DNA of 64,000 nucleotides from Candidatus Brocadiia bacterium (GTDB lineage Bacteria; Planctomycetota; PUPC01; DSUN01): NCBI GenBank assembly GCA_046538415.1, contig JBKHIY010000002.1, positions 1,411 to 65,410 of the forward strand, read 5' to 3'. Shown piece by piece: positions 56,816 to 64,000 of this stretch (position 1 is its first letter; each line of letters starts with the position of its first letter). The notes under the pieces were generated by a model. It saw only the letters and a program-made list of their open reading frames with translations, ran no database searches and was not told where the DNA came from. The position numbers and the translations under genes were made by a program.

Positions 56816-57036
56816 TTGCGGCACCCCGCGCAACTGGACGCCGAGCACGACGCGCAACTCGACCTGCTGCTGCTCCCCTCGCTGGCCTCGCTCCCGCCCG
56901 ACATGCCAAACAGCGAGAGCTTGCGCCGCGCCCGGCTACCCCCGCACTCGGGGCAGCGGGGCCGGTCCTTCGCCGTGCGGAAGAGCTGCTCGAAGTCGCA
57001 CTCGCACTTCTCGCAGTGGAATTCGTAGATGGGCAT
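56812..57036 (-). CDS. FmdB-family zinc-ribbon protein
   Basis: 'MPIYEFHCEKCECDFEQL...RPRCPECGG' has the CxxC...CxxC pattern, followed by a Ser-rich tail. Confidence 0.8.
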   Translation of the reverse strand: MPIYEFHCEKCECDFEQLFRTAKDRPRCPECGGSRARRKLSLFGMSGGSEASEGSSSRSSCASCSASSCAGCRK

Positions 57037-57061
57037 GGCCGCACCTGCCTTTCTCTTCTCC

Positions 57062-57757
57062 TCAGGGCAGGGTGCTCAAGGGATCCCGGGGCCGGCCCCA
57101 GCGGTAGACCCGGAACTCCAGCTGGCTTCGCGCCGCCCGGCCCGTGGAGCCCACCCGGGCGATGGGCTCGCCCCTGCCCACCCTCTGCCCCTCCCGGACC
57201 AGCAGCTCGGAATTGCCCCCGTAGACGCTGGTCAGGCTACCTCCATGGTCGAGCACCACGGTCTTGCCATAGCCGCGCATCCGCTCGCAGGCCAGCACCA
57301 CACGCCCCGCGTCGGCCGCCTGGACCGGCGTGCCGCTCGGCGCCGCGATGGCGATGCCCGACGCCTCGATGCCCAGCACCGATACCCCGTAGCGACGGAC
57401 CACCGACCCGCGCACCGGCCAGGCCAGCCGCCCGCCGCCGGTCCCCCGGGCCGCGGTGGGCACGGCCACCTTCTCCAGCGGACCCGGGCCCGGCGCGCGT
57501 CGGATGCGGAGACGCTGGCCTACCTCGATATGGTCGGGGTCGGACAGATCATTGTCGCGAACGAGGGCCCGCGTGGAAACGCCGTAGCGGCGGGCGATGG
57601 TCGAGACGGTCTCGCCGGGCCGCACCGTGTGACGGACCTCGGCGGTGGCGCGGCGGCGGGCCACAGCGCGTTCGCCCTCCACCGGCGAGACGCAGCTCGC
57701 GGGGATCCCCGCCGCCAGGGCAGTCGCGAGCACAGCCCGAAGTCTTTTCCAGAGCAC
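57062..57757 (-). CDS. LysM + M23 peptidoglycan endopeptidase lipoprotein
   Basis: Signal with lipobox 'LAAGIPASC'. LysM 'VRPGETVSTIARRYGVSTRALVRDNDL...VGQRLRI'. M23 'GIAIAAPSGTPVQAADAGRVV...GKTVVLDHGG'. Confidence 0.85.
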   Translation of the reverse strand: MLWKRLRAVLATALAAGIPASCVSPVEGERAVARRRATAEVRHTVRPGETVSTIARRYGVSTRALVRDNDLSDPDHIEVGQRLRIRRAPGPGPLEKVAVPTAARGTGGGRLAWPVRGSVVRRYGVSVLGIEASGIAIAAPSGTPVQAADAGRVVLACERMRGYGKTVVLDHGGSLTSVYGGNSELLVREGQRVGRGEPIARVGSTGRAARSQLEFRVYRWGRPRDPLSTLP

Positions 57758-57800
57758 GGCTTACGCTTCCGATAGGCTCCTCTTGACCCCTCCTGAGCGC

Positions 57801-57829
57801 ATTATAGCAGGGGGGACTCCGGCTGTCAA
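57801..57829 (-). promoter_or_regulatory. Perfect consensus sigma70 promoter, TTGACA-17-TATAAT
   Basis: The minus strand reads cgcgTTGACAgccggagtcccccctgcTATAATgcgc. The -35 is at 57824-57829 and the -10 at 57801-57806, about 44 nt upstream of the M23 GTG. It heads an 8-gene minus-strand cluster with gaps of 50 nt or less. Confidence 0.65.
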
Positions 57830-57933
57830 CGCGAAAAAGGACGCCCCTCGCCCCTTGCGGGCCCCCGCCCGGCTGGCTACGATGAGCGAGCGGAGCCCGA
57901 GGACACACCCAGCCGGAGCGCCCGAGCGTCGCA

Positions 57934-58893
57934 ATGTCCCCTGCGCGTCCACACGTCCCGCCCGACGGCCCGGCGGCCCTCGTGGGGGCCGACCCGTCCA
58001 GCGGCCGGTTCGAGGCCACCTTTCCTACCGAGCCGATGCGGCTCGAGACCACGAGCACCGTGGGCCAGGGGCGCAACCGCCTGGTCTGCGCCGACAACCT
58101 GCCCGTCCTCCGCTCCCTGCCCGACGCGTGCGTCCACCTCGTCTACCTCGACCCCCCGTTTGCCACCGGGCGGCGCCGCACCGCCTCCAGGACCCGCGCG
58201 GCCTTCGCCGACGCGCAGACCCGCGACCGGGGGGGATACCTGGCCTGGCTGAACGCCCGCCTGGCCGAGGTCCATCGCGTGCTCGACGCCACGGGCACCC
58301 TCTACGTCCACCTCGACTGGCACGCGGCCCATTACGTGAAGGTCGAGCTGGATAAGCTCTTCGGGGTGGAGAACTTCCGCAACGAGATCGTGTGGTACTA
58401 CAATAGCGGGCCGCGGCGGGCCAGGGACTTCGGCCGCCGCCACGATACCATCCTCCGCTACTCGAAGTCCACCGACTACACGTTCCACCCCGATGCGGTG
58501 CGCCAGCCCTACAGCCCCGACATCAACGTTCCCGCCTCCAAGGCCCACTACTACCACCCCCGGGGCAAGGTGATGGACGACGTGTGGCGGGTGCCCATCC
58601 TGGCGCAGAACGACAAGTCGGAGCGCCTGGGATACCCCACCCAGAAGCCGGCGGCCCTGCTCGACATCATCGTGCGGGCCAGCTCGGCGGAGGGGCAGGT
58701 GGTGGCCGACTTCTTCTGCGGCAGCGGCACCGCGCTGGCCGTCGCGGCCGGGAGGGGCCGGCGGTGGCTCGGCTGCGACAACAGCCCCCAGGCCATCGCC
58801 GTCGCGGCTCGCCGCCTGGCCGCCATGCCGCGGCACGCGGGGGGCTTCCGCATCGAGAGACCAGCCCCTGCGGAGCCCGGCGACCGACCGTGA
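57934..58893 (+). CDS. Beta-class DNA amino-methyltransferase (N6-adenine or N4-cytosine), orphan
   Basis: Motif IV 'VHLVYLDPPF' precedes motif I 'VADFFCGSGTA'. No nuclease gene is adjacent. Confidence 0.82.
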   Translation: MSPARPHVPPDGPAALVGADPSSGRFEATFPTEPMRLETTSTVGQGRNRLVCADNLPVLRSLPDACVHLVYLDPPFATGRRRTASRTRAAFADAQTRDRGGYLAWLNARLAEVHRVLDATGTLYVHLDWHAAHYVKVELDKLFGVENFRNEIVWYYNSGPRRARDFGRRHDTILRYSKSTDYTFHPDAVRQPYSPDINVPASKAHYYHPRGKVMDDVWRVPILAQNDKSERLGYPTQKPAALLDIIVRASSAEGQVVADFFCGSGTALAVAAGRGRRWLGCDNSPQAIAVAARRLAAMPRHAGGFRIERPAPAEPGDRP

Positions 58894-58916
58894 CAGACGT
58901 GCCCCGAAGGCCCACG

Positions 58917-60386
58917 ATGAGCGAGGACGAGAAAAGGCGCCAGCGCCGCCGTGCCGCGAAATGCTCCCAGGAGACCCCCGTGGCGAACCACAGGCCGAAT
59001 ATCCTCATCCTGATGACCGACCAGCAGCGGGCCGACTGCATGGGGTGCACCGGCCACCCCCAGATCCAGACCCCCCACATGGACCGCCTGGCTGCGCAGG
59101 GCACGCACTTCACCCACGCGTGCACGACCAGCCCCCTGTGCATGCCGGCCCGGGCTTCCTTCATCAGCGGCCTCTACGTCCACAACCACGCCATGTGGGC
59201 CAACCGGGGCGAGCTGCTGCCCCGGGAGCCGTCCCTCTTCCGCCACCTCCAGCAGGCCGGCTACAGGACCGGCCACATCGGCAAGTCGCACTACTACGAG
59301 CACCGCGGCTTCCACATGCGCGAGCGCGAGGACTACCTCCACGCCCGGGGCTTCCACTTCGTCCACGAGACCACCGGCCCCTGGGCCACCTGCCGCACCG
59401 ATTCGTACATGACCGACCTGTGGCGGGAGAGGGGCCTGCTCCAGGCCTTCCGCGACGACTACGCGAGGCGGCGCCAGCACGGGCCCGCCCGCTCCGTGTG
59501 GCCGAGTCCGCTGCCCACGGAGCTGTTCATGGACAGCTACATCGGCGGCCAGGCGGTGCGCTTCGTCGAGGGCTACGACCGCGAGGAGCCGTTCGCCCTG
59601 TTCGTGGGCTTCGGCGGGCCGCACGAGCCCTGGGACGCGCCCGGCGACTACGCCACCCTCTACGACCCGGCACACACCCCCGCGCCCGTGAGGCCCGCCG
59701 AGCCCGGCCAGTGGGTGCCCCGCCACGCCGCCGAGTGGCAGCGCAGCGGGCGCGTGGAGCCGATGAGCGACGAGGACGTCCAGCGCCTGCGGGCCAATTA
59801 CTACGGGAAGATCAGCCTCATCGACCACTGGTTCGGCCAGATCCTGGCCGCCTGCGAACGGCGGGGGCTGCTCGACGACCTGCTGGTCGTCTTCTGGTCG
59901 GACCACGGGGAGATGGCCGGCGACCACGGCCTGCTCCACAAGAGCAGGTTTTTCGAGAGCGCTCTGAGGGTCCCCCTCGTCCTCCGATGGCCGGGGCGCA
60001 TCCCCGCCGGCCAGCGCTCGGCCGCCCTGGCCGAGACGGTGGACCTGATGCCCACAATCCTCGAGGCGGTGGGCGTCGAGGCCCCCGATAGCTGTCTGGG
60101 CAGGTCGCTCTGGCCGGCCATTCGCGAGCCCCAGGCCACGGTCCGCGAGGCCGTGCTCAGCGAGGTGGCCCGAGCCGGCCGCCGCAACCTCATGGTCCGC
60201 ACCGACCGCTACAAGTACGCCGTCCACGACGACGCCACCCCCTACATGCTCTACGACCTGGGCGAAGACCCCCAGGAACGCAACAACCTGCTCGGCCACC
60301 CCGACGCGGAGCCCCTGGAGGCCGACCTGCGGGGTCGCTTGCTGCGCCGCCTGTGCGAGGCGCAGTTCGTCAGGACCGCTCCGTGA
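58917..60386 (+). CDS. Sulfatase without recognisable signal peptide
   Basis: 'NILILMTDQQRADCMG', FGly motif 'LCMPARASFISG'. The N-terminus 'MSEDEKRRQRRRAAK' is charged with no hydrophobic core. Confidence 0.82.
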   Translation: MSEDEKRRQRRRAAKCSQETPVANHRPNILILMTDQQRADCMGCTGHPQIQTPHMDRLAAQGTHFTHACTTSPLCMPARASFISGLYVHNHAMWANRGELLPREPSLFRHLQQAGYRTGHIGKSHYYEHRGFHMREREDYLHARGFHFVHETTGPWATCRTDSYMTDLWRERGLLQAFRDDYARRRQHGPARSVWPSPLPTELFMDSYIGGQAVRFVEGYDREEPFALFVGFGGPHEPWDAPGDYATLYDPAHTPAPVRPAEPGQWVPRHAAEWQRSGRVEPMSDEDVQRLRANYYGKISLIDHWFGQILAACERRGLLDDLLVVFWSDHGEMAGDHGLLHKSRFFESALRVPLVLRWPGRIPAGQRSAALAETVDLMPTILEAVGVEAPDSCLGRSLWPAIREPQATVREAVLSEVARAGRRNLMVRTDRYKYAVHDDATPYMLYDLGEDPQERNNLLGHPDAEPLEADLRGRLLRRLCEAQFVRTAP

Positions 60387-60498
60387 TCTCTGGCCCCGGG
60401 GGCTCGGCGGTGGCGGCGACGGAGCTTTTACAAAGCCTTTACAATGGTTCCCGCAGCTTTGCGGTAGAATACTCGTAGAAGCGCGGGAAAGGTGCGCC

Positions 60499-62781
60499 AT
60501 GGACATCACGCCACGCCCACGACGCCTCGTCCTCCTGGTCGCCCTCGTTCTGGCGGTCGGGTCTGCTGGTCTCGCCGCCGAGGCGGAGCCGCTTGCGGGC
60601 GCGGCCAACCTGGTGGTGCCCCAGCGCGGCGTCCAGGCGGTCGAACGCTCGCGACGCCTCGAGGTGGCCGGGGTGAGCGCCGAGGTGAGCATCGAGGAGG
60701 TCACGGCCACCACCACGCTGACCATCGGACTCTACAACCCGCACGACGAGCCGCTCGATGCCGAGCTGCTGGTGCCCTTGCCCGACGGCTCCGAGACGCG
60801 GGAGGTCGCGTTGGTCGATGGACGCCAGGGCCTCGATGCCCGCCCCGTGTCCGAGGAGCGAAGTCTCGCCCTGTGCCATGGCCTGGCCCGCGCCGCCCGC
60901 TGGCCGGCCCTGCTCGAGTTCGCCGGCCTGCCGCTGGCGCGCACCAGCCCCTTCTCGGTCCCCCCCAGGGAAATCCAGCGCGTCCAGCTCACCTATCGCA
61001 CGCCCCTGAGCGGCGACGGCCGGCGCATCGACTACGTGCTGCCTCGCAGCGAATCGCTGGACTACCGGGTGCCCTGGGAGGTGACCGTGGAGGTGGCCTC
61101 GAAGCGGCCCATCGCCGCCCTCTACTCGCCCACCCACGAGATCGAGAGGAAGGGCGGAGGAGAGAAGCGAGCAGTGGCCCGCCTGGCCGAGGGGGACGCG
61201 CGGAAGCCCGGCCCGCTGCGCCTGTCCTGCCTGTTTGCCGAGGGGGGGGCCGGCGCCTCGCTGTTCGCGTATCCGGGGACGGGAGGGGAGGACGGCTACT
61301 TCCTCCTCCTGGCCGGCCTGCCATCCGCGGGAGGCCACGGCCCCGCGATTCCCCGCGAGGTCACCATGGTGATCGACCGCTCGGGGAGCATGAAGGGCAG
61401 GAAGCTGCGCGAGGCCCGCCGGGCCGCCGAGGAGGTGATCAACAGCCTGAGCCCCGGCGAGGCCTACAACGTGATCGTCTACAACGAGCGGGTGGAGGCC
61501 CTCGCCTCGCGGCCCGTGCTCAAGGAGGACGCCGGCCACGGCCCGCTGGCGCACGTGGCCGCCGTGCTCTTCCTGGAGCGGGTGCGGGCCCGGGGCGGCA
61601 CCAACATGTACGCCGCTCTGCGGGCGGCGCTGAGCCAGAAGCCCAGGAAGGGCGTGCTGCCCATCGTCCTGTTCCTCACCGACGGGCTGCCCACGGTGGG
61701 CGAGACCTCGGAGGTGGCCATCCGCGACCTGGTGGTGGAAGGCAATCCCTACGGCCGCCGCGTGTTCACCTTCGGGCTCGGCGCCGAGGTCAACAGCCCG
61801 CTTCTCGACTACATCGCGGCCCGCAGCCGAGGGCTCTCCACTTATGTCCTCCCTGATGAGAAGGTCGACCGGAAGGTGGTGGCGGTCTTCCAGCGTCTGG
61901 CCAGCCCCGTGCTGGCCGAGGCGGCTCTGCGCGCCATCGGGCCTGATGGGCAGCCTGCGCCGCAGCGACTCCGCCACGTGATCCCCAGTCAGGCGCCGGA
62001 CCTCTTCCAGGGCGACCCCCTGGTGGTGCTGGGCCGCTACACGGGCCGGGAGCCGCTGAGGCTCGAGCTGGAGGGCCACTCCGGCGGGGAGAAGCGCGCC
62101 TTCCGATTCCGCTTCGACCTCGACCGCGCCAGCACGGCCAACTATTTCGTCCCTCGCCTATGGGCCAGCCGACGGATCGGGGTGCTCAGCGACCAGGTGC
62201 GCCAGCTCGGCGCCGCGACAGCCGCCCCAGCCCTCCAGCAGGCGCCGGAGCCCCGGAACGAGGTCCGGGAGCTGGTCGACGAAATCACGCGGCGGTCCAC
62301 CCGACACGGCATCCTCACGGAGTACACGGCGTTCCTGGCGCGCCAGGACACCGATCTGGGCCGGCGGCGGCGGGTGCTCGCGCAGGTGGTGGCCAACTAC
62401 GAGCACCGCGCCATGGCCACCCGCTTCGGCCAGGGGGCCCTCAACCAGAGCCTCAATACCGCCCGCCTGCGAGACCAGCGGGTGCTCAACCCCGCCAACA
62501 CCTACTACGACGAGGAGATGAACGAGGTGGCCGTGCGCGCGGTGCAGCAGATGGGCGACCGCGCCTTCTACCGCCGGGGCCGGCGGTGGGTGGACAGCCG
62601 GCTGCTCGGCGGCGAGGCCCTCCCCCCGGCCACGACCGTGGCCTTCGGCTCCCCCCAGCACCTCGACCTCCTGCGGAAGCTGGCCCGCCAGGGCCGCCAG
62701 GGCTGCATCTCGCTGGAGGGCGACATCCTGCTGCGGGTCGATGGCCGACCGGTCCTTGTGGAAGGCCCTCCCGCGAACTGA
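60499..62781 (+). CDS. Secreted VIT + von Willebrand factor A domain protein
   Basis: Signal peptide 'LVLLVALVLAVGSAGLAAEA'. VIT-like 'VSAEVSIEEVTATTTLTIGLYNPHDEPLDAELLVPLPDGS'. vWA MIDAS 'VIDRSGSM', 'GGTNMYAAL', 'IVLFLTDGLPT'. Confidence 0.82.
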   Translation: MDITPRPRRLVLLVALVLAVGSAGLAAEAEPLAGAANLVVPQRGVQAVERSRRLEVAGVSAEVSIEEVTATTTLTIGLYNPHDEPLDAELLVPLPDGSETREVALVDGRQGLDARPVSEERSLALCHGLARAARWPALLEFAGLPLARTSPFSVPPREIQRVQLTYRTPLSGDGRRIDYVLPRSESLDYRVPWEVTVEVASKRPIAALYSPTHEIERKGGGEKRAVARLAEGDARKPGPLRLSCLFAEGGAGASLFAYPGTGGEDGYFLLLAGLPSAGGHGPAIPREVTMVIDRSGSMKGRKLREARRAAEEVINSLSPGEAYNVIVYNERVEALASRPVLKEDAGHGPLAHVAAVLFLERVRARGGTNMYAALRAALSQKPRKGVLPIVLFLTDGLPTVGETSEVAIRDLVVEGNPYGRRVFTFGLGAEVNSPLLDYIAARSRGLSTYVLPDEKVDRKVVAVFQRLASPVLAEAALRAIGPDGQPAPQRLRHVIPSQAPDLFQGDPLVVLGRYTGREPLRLELEGHSGGEKRAFRFRFDLDRASTANYFVPRLWASRRIGVLSDQVRQLGAATAAPALQQAPEPRNEVRELVDEITRRSTRHGILTEYTAFLARQDTDLGRRRRVLAQVVANYEHRAMATRFGQGALNQSLNTARLRDQRVLNPANTYYDEEMNEVAVRAVQQMGDRAFYRRGRRWVDSRLLGGEALPPATTVAFGSPQHLDLLRKLARQGRQGCISLEGDILLRVDGRPVLVEGPPAN

Positions 62782-62891
62782 AGCCCGCGGTCTCGCGGCA
62801 GGGCCGCGCCCCTCGCGCGCTTGACGGAGGCCGCCGGCGCAGCTTTCTTACAACATCCTGACAGGATTCTGACCACCCGCCGCCTCTCTTG

Positions 62892-62907
62892 TGGCACCAT
62901 GGCGGCC
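62892..62907 (+). promoter_or_regulatory. Weak sigma54-like -24/-12 element, TGGCACCATGGCGGCC
   Basis: Perfect TGGCAC with correctly spaced GG and GC dinucleotides, but the -12 region reads CGGC rather than TTGC. Lies 79 nt upstream of ATG 62986. Confidence 0.2.
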
Positions 62908-62985
62908 GCGAGCGGCGGGGAACGCAGGCCGGGCGGTTCCCAGTCGAGACCCCGCCCGGCAATCTCACACAGGAGGGCCGAGAGC

Positions 62986-64000
62986 ATGAGCTCCAGAGCG
63001 TGGATACTGGCCGTGTGCCTGGCGTGCCTGGCGGCGACAGCCGCAGCGCAAGCGCGCGCCGTGCAGGCCGAGGAAAGCCGCGTGGAGGCCGTGACCCTCT
63101 ACCGCGGCCAGGCCCTGGTGACCCGCTCCGTGCCCCTCGGGGGCGCGGCGGGCCGCGTGGAGCTGGTGGTCGGCGACCTGCCCCAGGAGGTCGTTGGCGA
63201 CAGCCTCTTCGCCGAGGGCGACGACGCGGTGGCCGTGCGGGCCGTGCGCTATCGCACCCGCCCCGTGGGCGAAGCGCCCCGCGAGGAGGTGCGCCAGCTC
63301 GAAGAGCAGGCCCAGGCCGTGGGGGACAAGCTGGCCCGCAACCAGCGGCTCCAGCAGCTCGTCGCTCGCCGCCTGGCCTTCCTGGAGCAGCTCGAGGGCT
63401 TCACCGCCCCCACGGCCAAGGCCGAGCTGTCCAAGGGCGTGCTCAACTTCGACGCCCTCCAGAGCGTGACCCTGTTCGTCTTCGAGCAACGCCAGAAGGC
63501 GGCCGACGAGGCGCTCCAGCTCGCCATCGAGCAGCGAGAGCTCAAGGAGCAGCTCTCCGTGCTCCAGCGCGAGAAGGCCAAGCTGACCAAGGGAGCCTCC
63601 CGGACCGCGCGCGAGGCCGTGATCTTCCTCGACAAGCGAGGCGGCGGCGACACCCAGGTCAGGCTCAGCTATCTCGTCAAGCAGGCCACCTGGGCACCCG
63701 CCTACAACTTCCGAGCCACCCGAGGCGGCGACCGCGTGCGAGTCGAGTACAACGCCGTGGTCCAGCAGGTCAGCGGCGAGGACTGGAGCAACGTCCAGCT
63801 CACCCTCTCCACCGCCTCCCCGGCCCTCGCCGCCGAAGGGCCCGGCCTGGCCCCCTTCCGCGTGGCCCTCGTGGAGGCGAAGGGCCAGCAGCGCCCCAGC
63901 GAAGGGGAGCCGGCCGCCAGGCTGCGCCAGGCCAAGACCCGCCTGCGGGACTTCCAAGGCCGCCAACAGGCCGCGGCCTCCCTGCGGGAGAGCCGCGATA
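62986..64000 (+). CDS. DUF4140/DUF4139 (MuiA 'mucoidy inhibitor'-like) secreted protein, 3' end outside window
   Basis: Absent from the supplied ORF track because it has no stop inside the window. I translated 62986-64000 by hand and found 338 codons without a stop. ATG follows CAGGAGGG. Signal peptide 'SSRAWILAVCLACLAATAAAQA'. Family-like blocks 'VEAVTLYRGQALVTRSV', a coiled-coil middle, 'LSYLVKQATWAPAYNFRA', 'DWSNVQLTLSTASP'. Confidence 0.75.
   Translation, partial: MSSRAWILAVCLACLAATAAAQARAVQAEESRVEAVTLYRGQALVTRSVPLGGAAGRVELVVGDLPQEVVGDSLFAEGDDAVAVRAVRYRTRPVGEAPREEVRQLEEQAQAVGDKLARNQRLQQLVARRLAFLEQLEGFTAPTAKAELSKGVLNFDALQSVTLFVFEQRQKAADEALQLAIEQRELKEQLSVLQREKAKLTKGASRTAREAVIFLDKRGGGDTQVRLSYLVKQATWAPAYNFRATRGGDRVRVEYNAVVQQVSGEDWSNVQLTLSTASPALAAEGPGLAPFRVALVEAKGQQRPSEGEPAARLRQAKTRLRDFQGRQQAAASLRESRD

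Noticed and set aside
57783-57808. Plus-strand TTGACC...TATAGC as the methyltransferase promoter
   Set aside because: The spacer is only 14 nt. The sequence is largely the reverse complement context of the perfect minus-strand promoter.
60427-60470. Duplicated TTTACA motifs plus TAGAAT upstream of the VIT-vWA gene as a sigma70 promoter
   Set aside because: Spacers from either TTTACA to TAGAAT are 21 nt or more, and no TGn extension is present. TAGAAT (60465-60470) alone may act as a -10, but support is too weak to list it as a feature.

Overview
High-GC (about 70% by eye) bacterial chromosomal window with about 46 protein-coding genes. I saw no rRNA, tRNA, CRISPR array, transposase or integrase. 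Gene content (many sulfatases, DUF1080, HEAT-repeat lipoproteins, Hanks kinases, FHA and sigma54 regulators) suggests a Planctomycetota/PVC-type organism, which is inference only. All family calls come from motifs read in the translations; no database search was run.

Layout:
- 3-4725 (+): operon of FHA/ExeA-like ATPase, HEAT protein, ThyA-like enzyme, ispG and a Dabb lipoprotein.
- 4772-8620 (-): the most unusual region. About 3.5 kb carrying a lipoprotein gene, a near-consensus sigma54 promoter and a Zn-ribbon / gutted-kinase / sigma54-activator gene. It is bracketed by two 149-bp direct repeats derived from the 3' end of the adjacent FGGY sugar kinase.
- 10230-20420: HEAT/beta-sandwich protein, DUF1080 lipoprotein, CPH-type copper P-type ATPase, and two large secreted glycoside-hydrolase-like proteins, one of which matches GH56 hyaluronidases motif by motif.
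- 20531-31670 (+): tightly packed 8-gene operon with 6 sulfatases (arylsulfatase-A-like, sulfamidase/SGSH-like, GlcNAc-6-sulfatase-like), a PhoD phosphatase and a PmoA-like protein.
- 31770-49939: M48 protease, LarA-like, GH172, YbaK-like, sulfatase, LamG-GH99-like, Zn-ADH, APH-type kinase, GH65, and a clan GH-A enzyme.
- 49991-57757 (-): 8-gene operon behind a perfect TTGACA-17-TATAAT promoter (LysM-M23, FmdB, HIT, dGTPase, FHA-GAF-sigma54 activator, Ser/Thr kinase, PIN-TRAM, ispD).
- 57934-64000 (+): orphan beta-class DNA methyltransferase, signal-less sulfatase, VIT-vWA protein, and a DUF4139/MuiA-like gene that runs off the window and is missing from the supplied ORF track.

Most long antisense or alternative-frame ORFs in the track are high-GC shadow ORFs and were rejected.
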